Shown: piece by piece, positions 39,579 through 54,904 of the stretch | Position numbering within the stretch: position 1 is the stretch's first letter | Layout: every line of letters starts with the position of its first letter | Source of the DNA: the human T2T-CHM13v2.0 reference genome, Homo sapiens | Length of the DNA stretch: 64,000 bases | Strand: one strand, 5' to 3' | NCBI RefSeq assembly: GCF_009914755.1 | Contig: NC_060934.1 | The notes under the pieces: generated by a model | The model's input: the letters and a program-made list of their open reading frames with translations, nothing else | Databases searched by the model: none | What the model was told of the DNA's origin: nothing | Program-made: the position numbers and the translations under genes

Positions 39579-41693
39579 TTTTTATTTTTATTTTTTATGT
39601 TTGCATTTTCTTTTTTTATTGATCATTCTTGGGTGTTTCTCGCAGAGGGGGATTTGGCAGGGTCACAGGACAATAGTGGAGGGAAGGTCAGCAGATAAAC
39701 AAGTGAACAAAGGTCTCTGGTTTTCCTAGGCAGAGGACCCTGCGGCCTTCCGCAGTGTTTGTGTCCCTGGGTACTTGAGATTAGGGAGTGGTGATGACTC
39801 TTAAAGAGCATGCTGCCTTCAAGCATCTGTTTAACAAAGCATATCTTGCACCGCCCTTAATCCATTCAACCCTGAGTGGATACAGCACATGTTTCAGAGA
39901 GCACAGGGTTGGGGGGTAAGGTCACAGATCAACAGGATCCCAAGGCAGAAGAATTTTTCTTAGTGCAGAACAAAATGAAAAGTCTCCCACGTCTACCTCT
40001 TTCTACACAGACACGGCAACCATCCGATTTCTCAATCTTTTCCCCACCTTTCCCCCCTTTCTATTCCACAAAACCGCCATTGTCATCATGGCCCGTTCTC
40101 AATGAGCTGTTGGGTACACCTCCCAGACGGGGTGGTGGCCGGGCAGAGGGGCTCCTCACTTTCCAGTAGGGGCGGCCGGGCAAAGGCGCCCCTCACCTCC
40201 CGTACGGGGCGGCTGGCCAGGTGGGGGGCTGACCCCCCACCTCCCTCCCGGACGGGGCGGCTGGCCAGGCGGGGGGCTGACCCCCCACCTCCCTCCCGGA
40301 CGGGGCGGCTGGCCAGGTGGGGGGGCTGACCCCCCCACCTCCCTCCCGGACGGGGCGGCTGGCCGGGCGGGGGGCTGACCCCCCCACCTCCCTCCCTCCC
40401 AGAAGGGGCGGCTGGCCGGGCGGGGGTCTGACCCCCTCCCCACCTCCCTCCCGGACGGGGCGGCTGGCCGGGCGGGGGGCTGACCCCCCCACCTCCCTCC
40501 CGGATGGGGCGGCTGGCCGGGCAGAGGGGCTCCTCACTTCCCAGTAGGGGTGGCCGGGCAGAGGCGCCCCTCACTTCCCGGATGGGGCGGCTGGCCGGGC
40601 GGGGGGCTGACCCCCCCACCTCCCTCCCGGATGGGGCGGCTGGCCGGGCGGGGGGCTGACCCCCCCACCTCCCTCCCTCCCGGACGGGGCGGCTGGCCGG
40701 GCGGGGGGCTGACCCCCCCACCTCCCTCCCAGACGGGGCGGCTGGCCGGGCAGAGGGGCTCCTCACTTCCCAGAAGGGGCAGCCGGGCAGAGGCGCCCCT
40801 CACCTCCTGGACGGGGCGGCTGGCCGGGCGGGGGGCTGACCCCCCTACCTCCCTCGCGGACGAGGTGGCTGCCAGGCGGAGACGCTCCTCACTTCCCAGA
40901 CGGGGTGGCTGCTGGGCGGAGGGGCTCCTCACTTCTCAGACGGGGCGGCTGCCAGGCGGAGGGGCTCCTCACTTCTCAGATGGGGCGGCCGGGCAGAGAC
41001 GCTCCTCACATCCCAGATGGGGCGGCAGGGCAGAGGTGCTCCCCACCTCTCAGACGATGGGCGGCCGGGCAGAGACGCTCCTCACTTCCCAGATGTGATG
41101 GCGGCTGGGAAGAGGCGCTCCTCACTTCCTAGATGGGATGACGGCCGGGCAGAGACGCTCCTCACTTTCCAGACTGGGCAGCCAGGCAGAGGGGCTCCTC
41201 ACATCCCAGACGATGGGTGGCCAGGCGGAGACGCTCCTCACTTCCCAGACGGGGTGGCGGCCGGGCAGAGGCTGCAATCTCGGCACTTTGGGAGGCCAAG
41301 GCAGGCTGCTGGGAGGTGGAGGTTGTAGCCAGCCGAGATCATGCCACTGCACTCCAGCCTGGGCACCATTGAGCACTGAGTGAACGAGACTCCGTCTGCA
41401 ATCCTGGCACCTCGGGAGGCCAAGGCTGGCGGATCACTCGCGGTTAGGAGCTGGAGACCAGCCCGGCCAACACGGGGAAACCCCGTCTCCACCAAAAAAA
41501 TATGAAAACCAGTCAGGCGTGGCGGCGCGCGCCTGCAATCGCAGGCACTCGGCAGGCTGAGGCAGGAGAATCAGGCAGGGAGGTTGCAGTGAGCCGAGAT
41601 GGCAGCAGTACCGTCCAGCTTCGGCTGGGCATCAGAGGGAGACCGTGGGGAGAGGGAGAGGGGGAGGGGGAGGGGGAGAGGGAGAGGGAGAGC
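39579..41693 (-). mobile_element. Full-length SVA retrotransposon, antisense to INPP5F, in intron 6
   Basis: On - strand: (CCCTCT)n head about 41648-41692, Alu-like region, GC-rich VNTR about 40120-41270, SINE-R, AATAAA at 39615-39620 and A-rich tail; 14-bp TSD tggatgacatttta at 39565-39578 and 41694-41707. Confidence 0.97.
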
Positions 41694-42294
41694 TGGATGA
41701 CATTTTAAAATAAGACATTTATGAAATGGGTTTTTTCTTTTTGGTTTCATTTATTACTTAGATTTTAGCTTCAGGAATTGAGACTTTTTTTTTCTAAGCC
41801 AGAAAATAAAGCCGACCTATGTGTTTTATAATAAAGTGATCAGAGTTGGTTGTATTTTATTAAAGCCTTAATACAATTGGGAGTTGAGAATCATAATCAT
41901 AAACATTTGTTAAATACTTCCCATATGGCAGGCACTGTGCTAAACACTACGTGTATTATCCATTTAATTTTCACAATTCATGAAGTAGTTGTTACTATTT
42001 CACGGAGAAGGACAGCGACGGCAAGGGTGACTCCCCTCAGTGAGTTAATAAATGGTGAGCTTGGATTTGTACCCAGGCAGCCTGGCTCTTAGGCTGTGTT
42101 CACCATAAAGAAAAGGAAAGACCTCCTCTGTCCGTTCCTTACGTGGTGTTCTTCAATAAGCAGAAAATATGGTTGAATAATGGAAGGTTTCTGCTTCTAA
42201 TAAACTGAGAAATATGTGCTGACTACTGTTTGGGTTTAAGAAAGTAGCAGTGCTGTACAGAATAGAAACGATATCATGTTCATTTTGTTTTCAG

Positions 42295-42493
42295 ACTCCA
42301 GATGTGGACTTTTGGATTATCCCCATGATCCAAGGTTTTGTGCAGATTGAAGAACTTGTGGTTAATTATACCGAATCATCTGATGATGAGAAAAGCAGCC
42401 CAGAGACCCCCCCTCAGGAGTCCACCTGTGTAGATGATATTCACCCACGATTTCTAGTGGCTCTCATTTCACGCCGAAGTAGGCACAGAGCAG
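42295..42493 (+). CDS. INPP5F: INPP5F exon 7 (TPDVDFWIIPMIQGFV...LISRRSRHRA)
   Basis: Acceptor ttgttttcag, donor gtgagt; 199 nt; SAC motifs IQGFV and LISRRS. Confidence 0.97.
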
Positions 42494-43040
42494 GTGAGTG
42501 GAGGGCTGTAATAGCATTCAAATCAAATCCAGGCGAGAATGGAAAAGCTGCAGATGTGTTGAAATGCTAATGACAATAATGGATTTGGGAACACAGTTGG
42601 CTTCAAAGTGCTTGGGGACTCTAAATACTGTGATGTAATTGGGGACAAATTTTTGAAGAGGGGTGAATAAGAGAGAGTTAGCAAAATGAGAAGGAAAAGG
42701 AGGTACATATATAGAGAGAAGGGAAAAAGTCACTTGAGATGTGCTTCAGAATACTGGCACTCCACTGACAGCCTGTATCACCGTGATAAATCCTTCCTAT
42801 GTGCTAGTGCCTTTGGGAAGACCTTTCTCTTTCAGTTCAGAGGAACTGAGCTTCAACTTGTTAAAAACAATGATGCATACAGTTACGATTTTGGGTAAGT
42901 TGATACTGTTCTGCTTGGCAGTTGCACACTGAATCCCCAAGGCTATCCTGGAAGACATACATTTGATTAGGAAGCATAATCTAGCCAGACTAAATAAATT
43001 TTTTAAAATGTTGCTGTTTTCTGTTTTAATTTTCTTTCAG

Positions 43041-43220
43041 GAATGCGCTATAAACGAAGAGGAGTGGATAAAAATGGAAATGTTGCCAATTATGTGGAGA
43101 CTGAGCAGTTGATTCATGTTCATAATCATACCCTGTCATTTGTTCAAACACGAGGCTCTGTGCCTGTCTTTTGGAGCCAGGTTGGGTATCGATATAACCC
43201 AAGACCGCGGCTGGACAGAA
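43041..43220 (+). CDS. INPP5F: INPP5F exon 8 (GMRYKRRGVDKNGNVANYVETEQ...QTRGSVPVFWSQ...RLDR)
   Basis: Acceptor ttctttcag, donor gtaagc; 180 nt; SAC motifs GNVANYVETEQ and RGSVPVFWSQ. Confidence 0.98.
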
Positions 43221-44122
43221 GTAAGCAGGTCAATTATTGGGTTTGCAAATGATGATTTCAGAGAGAATAGTTTTTAAGAAATTAGTTACCTGTTAGGTTT
43301 GGATTTGCTTTGCCAGATACTTCTTTCAAAACGATAACTTGTATTTGAAAAATGTAATAGAAAGTAATGTAATAATCATAGTAAAAATAGTTGACTAAGT
43401 CATTTATTTAACAATAAAAAATTTCTCTAACAGTAGAGCAAAACGGCTTACCTCAGAGATTTTAAATTGCTATCGCTTTGAAGAGTACTTTATTGAATGT
43501 TTAACTTTGGAAAGGAGCGAATCTAGCCAATATTTGTAGAAGCAGGAACTATCTTAAGATGGAATCTACCAAAAATCAATAAGATGCCTTTACTCAAATA
43601 TTTTTCTGTGAAAGTTTTTTTTTTTGTTTTGTTTTTCTTTTTTAATCGAATATTTTGTTTCTTCTAGTATTTTAACTTTGGTCTTGGAATAGCTAAGTCA
43701 TTTAAATCTAATTAGATTACTGAATGAGCTTGATTTTAAAAAAAATGTTAAAGTAAATTTCTCTCTCAACTTAGTTGGTATTCTTTGTGAGAATTCAGTA
43801 AAGCTTTGGTTTTTAAAATATTGTTTTAGAGGGGTTTTTATTCTCTTATAAACTACGTGAAAACTTTTCTGAGAAGTAGGCTAGATATATAAATAATCTT
43901 ATAATGTCATAGTTTGCACTTTCAGATATATTTTAGTGTAGTGTAACTGGAAAAAAAATCAGATCTTTGACTTAGCATTTCATTTTTAAATGATGGTTTT
44001 AGACAATCTTAGTTCATTTGGGCTGTCAATAAATTATTTAAAAGTAAGAATAAAGATGGAGTAGACACTAATATGTCTTAAACATGGGAAGGAAAAAAAG
44101 ATTTTGTATCACTTCTTTGTAG

Positions 44123-44190
44123 GTGAAAAGGAAACTGTTGCCTATTTCTGTGCCCATTTCGAAGAACAACTGAACATTTACAAAAAACAG
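44123..44190 (+). CDS. INPP5F: INPP5F exon 9 (SEKETVAYFCAHFEEQLNIYKKQ)
   Basis: Acceptor ttctttgtag, donor gtgggc; 68 nt, phase 1 to 0. Confidence 0.95.
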
Positions 44191-44366
44191 GTGGGCTTTG
44201 ATTTACAGTAGTAAAATGTTCCTTCATCTTTAGAAATAACTTTTTCTTTAAGTTTCATAAAAATAACATTGTACTATTCAAAATTAAAGCATTTGTCATG
44301 AAGTTTAACACATTTAAGCTAAGAGTTTTCTTAATATTCTTTAAGAATAATCATTGAGTCAGCTAC

Positions 44367-44397
<31 letters not shown>

Positions 44398-44510
44398 ACA
44401 CTGTCTTGCTATATTGCCCAGGCTGGACTCAAACTGCTGGGCTCAAGCAATCTTCTCTCCTCAGCCTCCCGAGTAGCTGGGACTGCAGGCATGTGCCACT
44501 GTGCCCGGCA
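44367..44510 (-). mobile_element. FLAM-like Alu monomer
   Basis: TSD gtcagctacttt. Confidence 0.85.
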
Positions 44511-44899
44511 GGGTCAGCTACTTTAGACTGTGTTTGGATAGCGTGAAGAGGTTAGATTGCTATCAATTAATTATAACAATCTAAGAAGCATCTAGACCAA
44601 GGAATGAAAGTCATGTCTCAGTACCACCTACAGTTCAACCTCCTGGAGATAACTTGTTATGTATTTTTCAGTATGTTTTTTTCTCTGCTCACCTTCATAT
44701 TCACTCACATATAAGAATGCAAGTGTATAAACCAAAATCAACTGAAAACTGGTAGGTGAGATACAAGTTCAATGATTTTGATACAAGATGAATATATAAT
44801 AGTAATTCTGTTATCCATTAGCAGTGACCAGTGTGAATGAGTAATGCCGTGGAATGTGTAATGAATAGGTAAATGCATTTTTTTTTCAGCAACAAAAAT

Positions 44900-47487
<2,588 letters not shown>

Positions 47488-48099
47488 CTAGGTGTGTGTA
47501 TTGAGCAGATACTTCCTGATTTCGAACAGTACCCCAACAGTGTTCATTTATCCACCTTTTCCTGGGTAATTACTTTCCAGGGCGTTGGGCCCACAGTCGG
47601 TCTGACTCAGCCATGGTGGTCCCATTGCTGTCACCAGTGATTGGTTCAGGCACGGACCTGTGTATGTTCATTGGGGATTTAGCCAATGAGATAGGTGATG
47701 TGGGGGAAGTCTCCTGGGAGGCTTCTGGGAACAGGTTTTCTGCTCTAATAAGAGATACAGGAACCAATAGTCCCTCTGTGGTTGCTGTTTCTGGGTTTGA
47801 TGTGGAACTGCTACAGCTCTCTCAAGACTGTGAAGGAACCAGCCTCAGGATCAGCCGATATGCTGGCAGAATAAAAAAGATGGGAAGAATGGCAGAGTAA
47901 AGGGATGGAAAGAACCTGTGTCCTTAATGGTATTGGGAATCACTATTAAGCCATGTTGGAACCGTCCTACCTCCAGACTTGTTCTGAGGTATGAGTCAGT
48001 TGACTCAAATTTGTCATCCGCAGCAAAAAAAGCCACCTTGACACATGCATATACACAATAAAAAACTCAAGTCAAAACAAAACTATGCCATATATACTA

Positions 48100-49520
48100 T
48101 TGTGCAGCTGTTTTCATTTAAGGTCTCATGGCTGCTGTTTAATCATTTCTCTATTGGTGGACCTTTAGGATATACTAGTTATTTTGCTATTATAAAGACT
48201 CCAGAAAATATCTTTCTTTTTTAAAAACTCCATGGACTAGGAACAGAACGCATTTTATATATTTTGGGATACTTGTATGTTTTATAGAATAAATTTATGG
48301 AAATGAAATTGCTGGATCAGACATTATGTATATTTAAATTTGATACCACTCTGTTGCTTCTGAAAAGATCACACCAGGTTTTTTAAAAAAAATTGTTTTA
48401 AAGCAACAGTAGGAGCTAGTGCCCATTTCCTCACATATTGACCAGTGCGGTCTGTGTTTAGTATTCACGTTTGCCTAGGTATAGGTGAAAACTCATTTTC
48501 TGTTTTAAATTGCATTTCTTTGAGTATTAAAGTTGTCATCTCTTCATTGAGTATAGGTTCAGAAATTGTAGTCTCATGTTTATTAGCTATTTGTATATTT
48601 TTTTCATGTGGATTTTCTCTGTATCCTTTACCATTTTTTTCCGTATTGGATTTAGGACTCTTTATGCATTATTGGTTTTTATGTTGCAGGTATATTCTCC
48701 TAGGTAGCACTTTGCTTTCTTACCTTTGCTTATACTGTCATTTGGTACACAGGCTTAAAATTTTTTAAAGTTATGCTTAGAAAGTCATGCTCCAACCTAC
48801 ATTTATAGAAGCATTATTCTGAGTTTTCTTCTAGCTCTATTATCATTAGAAAAACTATTTAGATTCTTAATGCATCTAAAATTTATTTGTGTATAATTAA
48901 TGAGATGTAGGGAGCTAATGTAAGTTTCTCCTTACCCCACACATAGACATCCCAGTATCATTTATAGACTAGTCCATATTTGCCCCACAGTGGTATCATG
49001 AGCATAGCTTAGATTCTTCAGTGTTTACATAGGTCTGCTTCTGGGCCACCATTCCTGTTCTGTTGAGTCACTTAGCTATTTCTACGCTAGTATGACAGTT
49101 TTAATTGCTACAGATTTAGAGTATGTTTTGCTTTCCAATGGGACAAGTCCCTTTTTTATTATTAGCTTCCAAATTTTTTCCACATATTTACTCTTCCAGA
49201 TGAACTTTTGAGTTGTTAAGTTCATTAACAGATCCTGATTGAATTTTGATTGGGATGGTTGAGTGTATAGATTAATTGGGGGAGACTTGAAATCTTTACA
49301 ATATTGAATCTTGCTGCCTAGTAACATGGTATATGTTTCTGTTAATTCAGGTTTTCTATCATATGCTTTATGTACTTCAGCAGCATTTTATCATGTTCAG
49401 TATTTAGGCTTTCTTTATTTCTTTTTAAATCTAGATATCTAAAATATTTGCTGTTACAAAGGACCTTGTTTTCATTATTTCATTCTAATTGGTTATTGCA
49501 AATATATAGAAAAGCTATTA
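48100..49520 (-). mobile_element. Old L1 fragment
   Basis: Reverse L1 ORF2-like motifs (gaattttgattgggat...atagattaattggggg...tctttacaatattgaatctt). Confidence 0.65.
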
Positions 49521-49658
49521 ATGTCATTGATGTCAATTCTCACAAACTTAAATGTATGTAACAAATGAAAATTTTATAGGAAAAAAATTGATGTTTGAGT
49601 GGATTAATTTCTAAGTATGGCTATAAAATATTTCTAACACATAATTCCAAATTATTAA

Positions 49659-49730
49659 AAACCACACTGTGATTCTAACATCTAATTAAATTTTAAACCA
49701 CATTGTGATTCTAAAATCTAACTAAATTTT
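49659..49730. repeat. 2x36 bp tandem duplication in the branch-point zone of intron 9
   Basis: aaaccacactgtgattctaacatctaattaaatttt / aaaccacattgtgattctaaaatctaactaaatttt. Confidence 0.92.
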
Positions 49731-49752
49731 TTCTGTTTCTTTGCTCTTATAG

Positions 49753-49877
49753 GTTATTATTAACTTGGTAGACCAGGCAGGAAGAGAGAAGATTATTGGC
49801 GATGCTTACCTGAAGCAAGTGTTGCTTTTCAACAACTCACACCTCACTTACGTTTCGTTTGACTTCCATGAGCACTG
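49753..49877 (+). CDS. INPP5F: INPP5F exon 10 (VIINLVDQAGREKIIGDAY...YVSFDFHEH)
   Basis: Acceptor ctcttatag, donor gtaaga; 125 nt; SAC motif FDFH. Confidence 0.96.
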
Positions 49878-50307
49878 GTAAGATGGCTTTCGGAGAATAG
49901 TGTTGATCAATTGCAGTGTTTTTGGTAGATGCTGCCACAGGGACCTTAGTTTCTCTTCTTTGCTGGGAATAAAAATTTCTTCTCATTGTTGGAAAGAAAA
50001 AGGGTATCATTCATTTACTTTGTTTTAATTTTCATGTGGGCATTATTTTGGCTAAAATTTAGAGTTGATTCCAAAATATTTACAGTCGTTCTGTTCCAGA
50101 AGATCTTGGAGATGTGGAGTTCCCTTTTTGCTTTGATCACACCAGCTAAAGAACTGATGGCATTGCCTTTCTGCTTGGGTCTGAGCCTAGCAGAAGTAAT
50201 AGAATTTCCTTAAGAGTATCTTGCTGGCTCCTCTTCATGTCTGGTAGTGATACTTCTTTCTCGATGGGTAAACTTCACTAGAGGAAAACAACAACAATCA
50301 GGGCATC

Positions 50308-50619
<312 letters not shown>

Positions 50620-50963
50620 TGATGGTGCCTTTAACGTGTGTATTCTGACAGCAAGGTTCTTTTGCCATAATCCTGGTTCTAACTTAGGTTAATTTACCTA
50701 AGTATTGAAATTTGGTGGGGAAAGAAGCTTCTGATGTCTGTAGTATGTTTTAATGTGTTTTTAAGTATGCTTTATTTCACAATGCAGATTAGCTATAAAC
50801 ATTTACCTAATTGCCTATATAATATATAGTAGTATTAACCTCATATATGTACAGCAACAATTCTTTTTAATTTTTCGAAGCTACATTAAATAGCATATCT
50901 TAAGTTTTAAAAAAATCTATGATTAAATTAAAGATTTTTTCTTTCTTTTGGCATGGATTTTAG

Positions 50964-51041
50964 CCGAGGAATGAAGTTTGAGAATGTTCAGACACTAACA
51001 GATGCCATTTATGACATTATTCTTGATATGAAGTGGTGTTG
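50964..51041 (+). CDS. INPP5F: INPP5F exon 11 (RGMKFENVQTLTDAIYDIILDMKWC)
   Basis: Acceptor gattttag, donor gtaagt; 78 nt, phase 2-2. Confidence 0.95.
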
Positions 51042-51939
51042 GTAAGTATTTTACAAGAACTCCTTTTTACAGACTCTGGGATCTGTAAAATAGTACCACT
51101 GAGCATTAAACTGATAGCAGCATGCAGAGACAGCATTTTTTTTTGTTCGTTTTGCTTCCCAGTTCCTATTCTTTTCAAGAGAATGTTGCTGACCCTTAGG
51201 CAGGTGGTGTTAGCTTTGAACAGGGAGAGGGTGTGAAATGGTCAGGCCAAATGAAGTGAAACGCTCTGACTGTTCTTTAAGGACATGAATTTATTCCTTC
51301 TCATGCCCCACGGTCCACATTTTCTCTTTCTCCTCTTTCTCACTGTTCCTAACACAGGAAGGAAGTCTTAGAGGTACTTTGTCTCAGTTTTCAGGCATTT
51401 CAAAATTATCAGAGACGGAAAATGATTCTGAGTACAGGAGGTTTAAATTGGCTTAAAGGACAGAAGAGAACATTTGATTAGATGTTAAGACTACACGGGT
51501 GGCCAGAGAAATTAGATGAGCAAGCCATGCTGTGTGCCTCCTCACTGGGGGGTAAAATAACTTCGTCTGTTTTGGAGAGTTTAGGTGCATTTCTACTTTA
51601 AAGGAACAACGGTGTTTTAAAGTGCCTTCTGTTTTTTTACATGTAGGAAAACATAACTTGGGATGATGTCAGCTCTGCCTAGTAGTTATAGGACTTGGCA
51701 AGTCTCTCTGCACCCCAGTTTTTTTTTTTCCTTAAGATGAGGATAATATCTTCCTTGCTATGTTATTGTGTAAATTAACAATGATGTCTATAAATGACTC
51801 AATAATGCATAGCATATAAAGATACACCAAGCAAATTACAGCCAGTGCTGCTGTTTTATTGATATACTTTAAAGAATTGTGTCTTTTGAAAACCCTATTA
51901 TTTTATATTGTAAAATAATTCTGTATTATTTTTAAAAAG

Positions 51940-52060
51940 GGTTGATGAAGCTGGGGTAATATGTAAGCAGGAAGGGATTTTTCGTGTTAATTGTATGGAC
52001 TGCCTGGATCGCACCAACGTGGTCCAAGCTGCCATCGCGAGAGTGGTCATGGAACAGCAG
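51940..52060 (+). CDS. INPP5F: INPP5F exon 12, catalytic exon ([40 protein letters not shown])
   Basis: Acceptor tttttaaaaag, donor gtaatt; 121 nt; CX5RT motif CMDCLDRT at 51992-52015. Confidence 0.98.
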
Positions 52061-52568
52061 GTAATTTGGAGTCTGTTGGATTGCAAATATTCATTTCGAA
52101 ATGCTTTTTTTTTCCATGAGTAAGCAAATAGCTAAATATTTTTCAAATGTCAAATATTCTTTACAACATTTACAATATACAAACACCCTTGTTGCATTAA
52201 AATCTGGAAAGCACAACCTGCACTGAAAATCAGTTAAATAAAGTGAGATTTTCTTAATCACTCATTTCAAAAATGTGACGGCCAACATTTTAAAGTCCAT
52301 TGGGTGGCATTGTGTGGTCATTTACCTTTTCCCTCTCACCTCCAAGCCCACCCTTCTGTGTTTGGGGCTGGAAGTCTTGATACTGCATTTCTTTTTTTTT
52401 TTTTTGAGATGCAGTCTTGCTCTGTTGCCCAGGCTGTTGGGGAGGGAGCTGCTGACGGGAGGAACACAGGTGAAGGAGCCTGTGTCTTTTTCTTCCTCCT
52501 GTCTCATGGGCTTCCTTGAGTGCCTCCTATTGGCAGATCCAGCAGGCCAAGCAGAAATGTGGTGTGTA

Positions 52569-52885
52569 GGCTGGGCGCAGTGGCTCATGCCTATAATCCA
52601 AGCACTTTGGGAGGCTGAGGTGGGTGGATCACCTGAGGTCAGGAGTTTGAGACCAGCCTGGCCAAAATGGCGAGACCCCCTGTCTACTAAAATCCCGTCC
52701 CTACTAGCTGGGCGTGGTGGCCGTCATCTGTAATCCCCGCTACTCGGGAGGCTAAGGCATGAAAATCACTTGAACCCAGGAGGCGGAGGTTGTAGTGAGC
52801 CCAGATCGTGCCACTGCACTCTAGCTTGGGAGATAGAGTAAGACTCTATCTTCAAAATAAAAATAAAAATAAAAAAATAAAATAC
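52569..52885 (+). mobile_element. Alu (S-type), preceded by a reverse Alu tail fragment (52392-52436) and LTR33-like pieces
   Basis: Alu consensus; see finding. Confidence 0.88.
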
Positions 52886-53511
52886 ATAAAATAACCTTGT
52901 GACTGTACTTTGAGGACACGAATCTGTTTATCTTATGTACAGTGTTTAAGCAGCCAGGTTTGAGTTTAAGCCCTGGCTCTACCACATACAAGGTTTTGAC
53001 TCTGTACAAAGAACTTAACCTTTCCAAACCTCAGTCTCATAATTTGTAAAATGTAGGTGATAACAGTATCAATTACATAGTGGTGTTAGGACTAGTGAAT
53101 GTGAAAAAACTGTGTAAAAAAGCTCTTAGAACCCTAGCCTTGGCACAGAGTTAACATTTACTAGGCACTTAACTATTCTGCCACTATTAGTATTGTTTCT
53201 GTGTGCTTTTTTGATATTCAGTTTCACTTCATAGGCAAATTTAAAACAAAGACAAAATATAATAGTATGATCCTGCACATTAAAAATTGTACCAAAACAG
53301 TATAAATATTTCATTATATTTATTCAACTTGTAGCAATTTATAAAGCCATCTTTCAAGCACTACTTTATTAAAAATGAGTCTGAAAAGACCATTTCTCTT
53401 ATTTAAGGGTCCTAAATTGTATATGAATATGTTTCCTTTTTCTGCAGTACACATTTTTTGCTATGGTTTCCTGGCCCATATACAGTTAATCCACCAATGT
53501 GTTCATTTTAG

Positions 53512-53640
53512 CTGAAAAAATTAGGTGTGATGCCCCCGGAACAGCCATTACCTGTGAAATGTAATCGCATCTACCAGATAATGTGGGCCAATAATGGTGA
53601 CTCCATTAGCAGACAGTATGCTGGGACAGCTGCTCTGAAG
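53512..53640 (+). CDS. INPP5F: INPP5F exon 13 (LKKLGVMPPEQ...MWANNGDSISRQYAGTAALK)
   Basis: Acceptor ttcattttag, donor gtaaat; 129 nt; SAC motif WxNNGDxISxQYAGT. Confidence 0.97.
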
Positions 53641-54521
53641 GTAAATACTTGCAGGAAGCATCTGTGGGTCATTATGTAGGACACAGCTTAGACTATGGTT
53701 TAAAACCACAGAAATGTGTGTGGGTTCCAGATTGCAGATGTGTGTAGTTGACTCTTTTCTGAAATGGTTGGCTAAGGCAGGGCCAGGTAATGTGACTCAA
53801 GCAGGCCACACATTACATCAGAGGGAGAGGGGGCTGTGTGGGCCTGAGGAGGAGTGTGTGCTCTCTCTGGAGGGGCCTATGTTGCCAGACCCTCCAGTTT
53901 TTCAAGGGATTCTGGAAATCCAGAATTTTATATGAAATGGTTGGTTTTCAAAACTGACAAAACAGAGCATGTCTGCTGGCAGGTTTTGGCCACCAGTGTC
54001 ATACTTCATCTTTGAGTTTGAATCCCAACCCTGCTTCTTAACTAGCTGTGACCTTGGGCAAGTCACTTAACCACTCTCATTTGTCACACAGGAATTATAC
54101 TAGACCTATTTCAAAAGACTGTTATGGGATCATATGAGTCAATGCATGTAAGGGCTTAGAATATTCTCTGACACACGTAAATGCGGAAGAAATGTTTTAG
54201 TTACTGTTAAAAGTAAAGTCCTTTGAAGATCCTATAGAGCTAGTCCTCATAGAATATTAAGTTAAATATAAAATATATTCTCTAGTAAATAAATTACTCA
54301 GTCTGAGGGCGTTGTCCTCTGTGGCAGTAGGAAGTGTTAGAATTTGTTTAAATTAGGTTTATGTTAATCATTCTTCAAGGTTCTAGTTCATCTCAAGGTA
54401 CTTCTTACACAGATTGTACCATCAAGGACTTAACAAGCATCAGTCCTTCTTTTGCATTGAGTGATAAATATCAAAAGCTTTTTATTAATTACAGAAAGTA
54501 AACTTTGGAAGTCCTGGTAAA

Positions 54522-54904
<383 letters not shown>

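Noticed and set aside
40086-41708. Many overlapping Pro/Gly/Arg-rich ORFs up to 226 aa
   Set aside because: They arise from the stop-poor GC-rich SVA VNTR and Alu-like region, not from a gene
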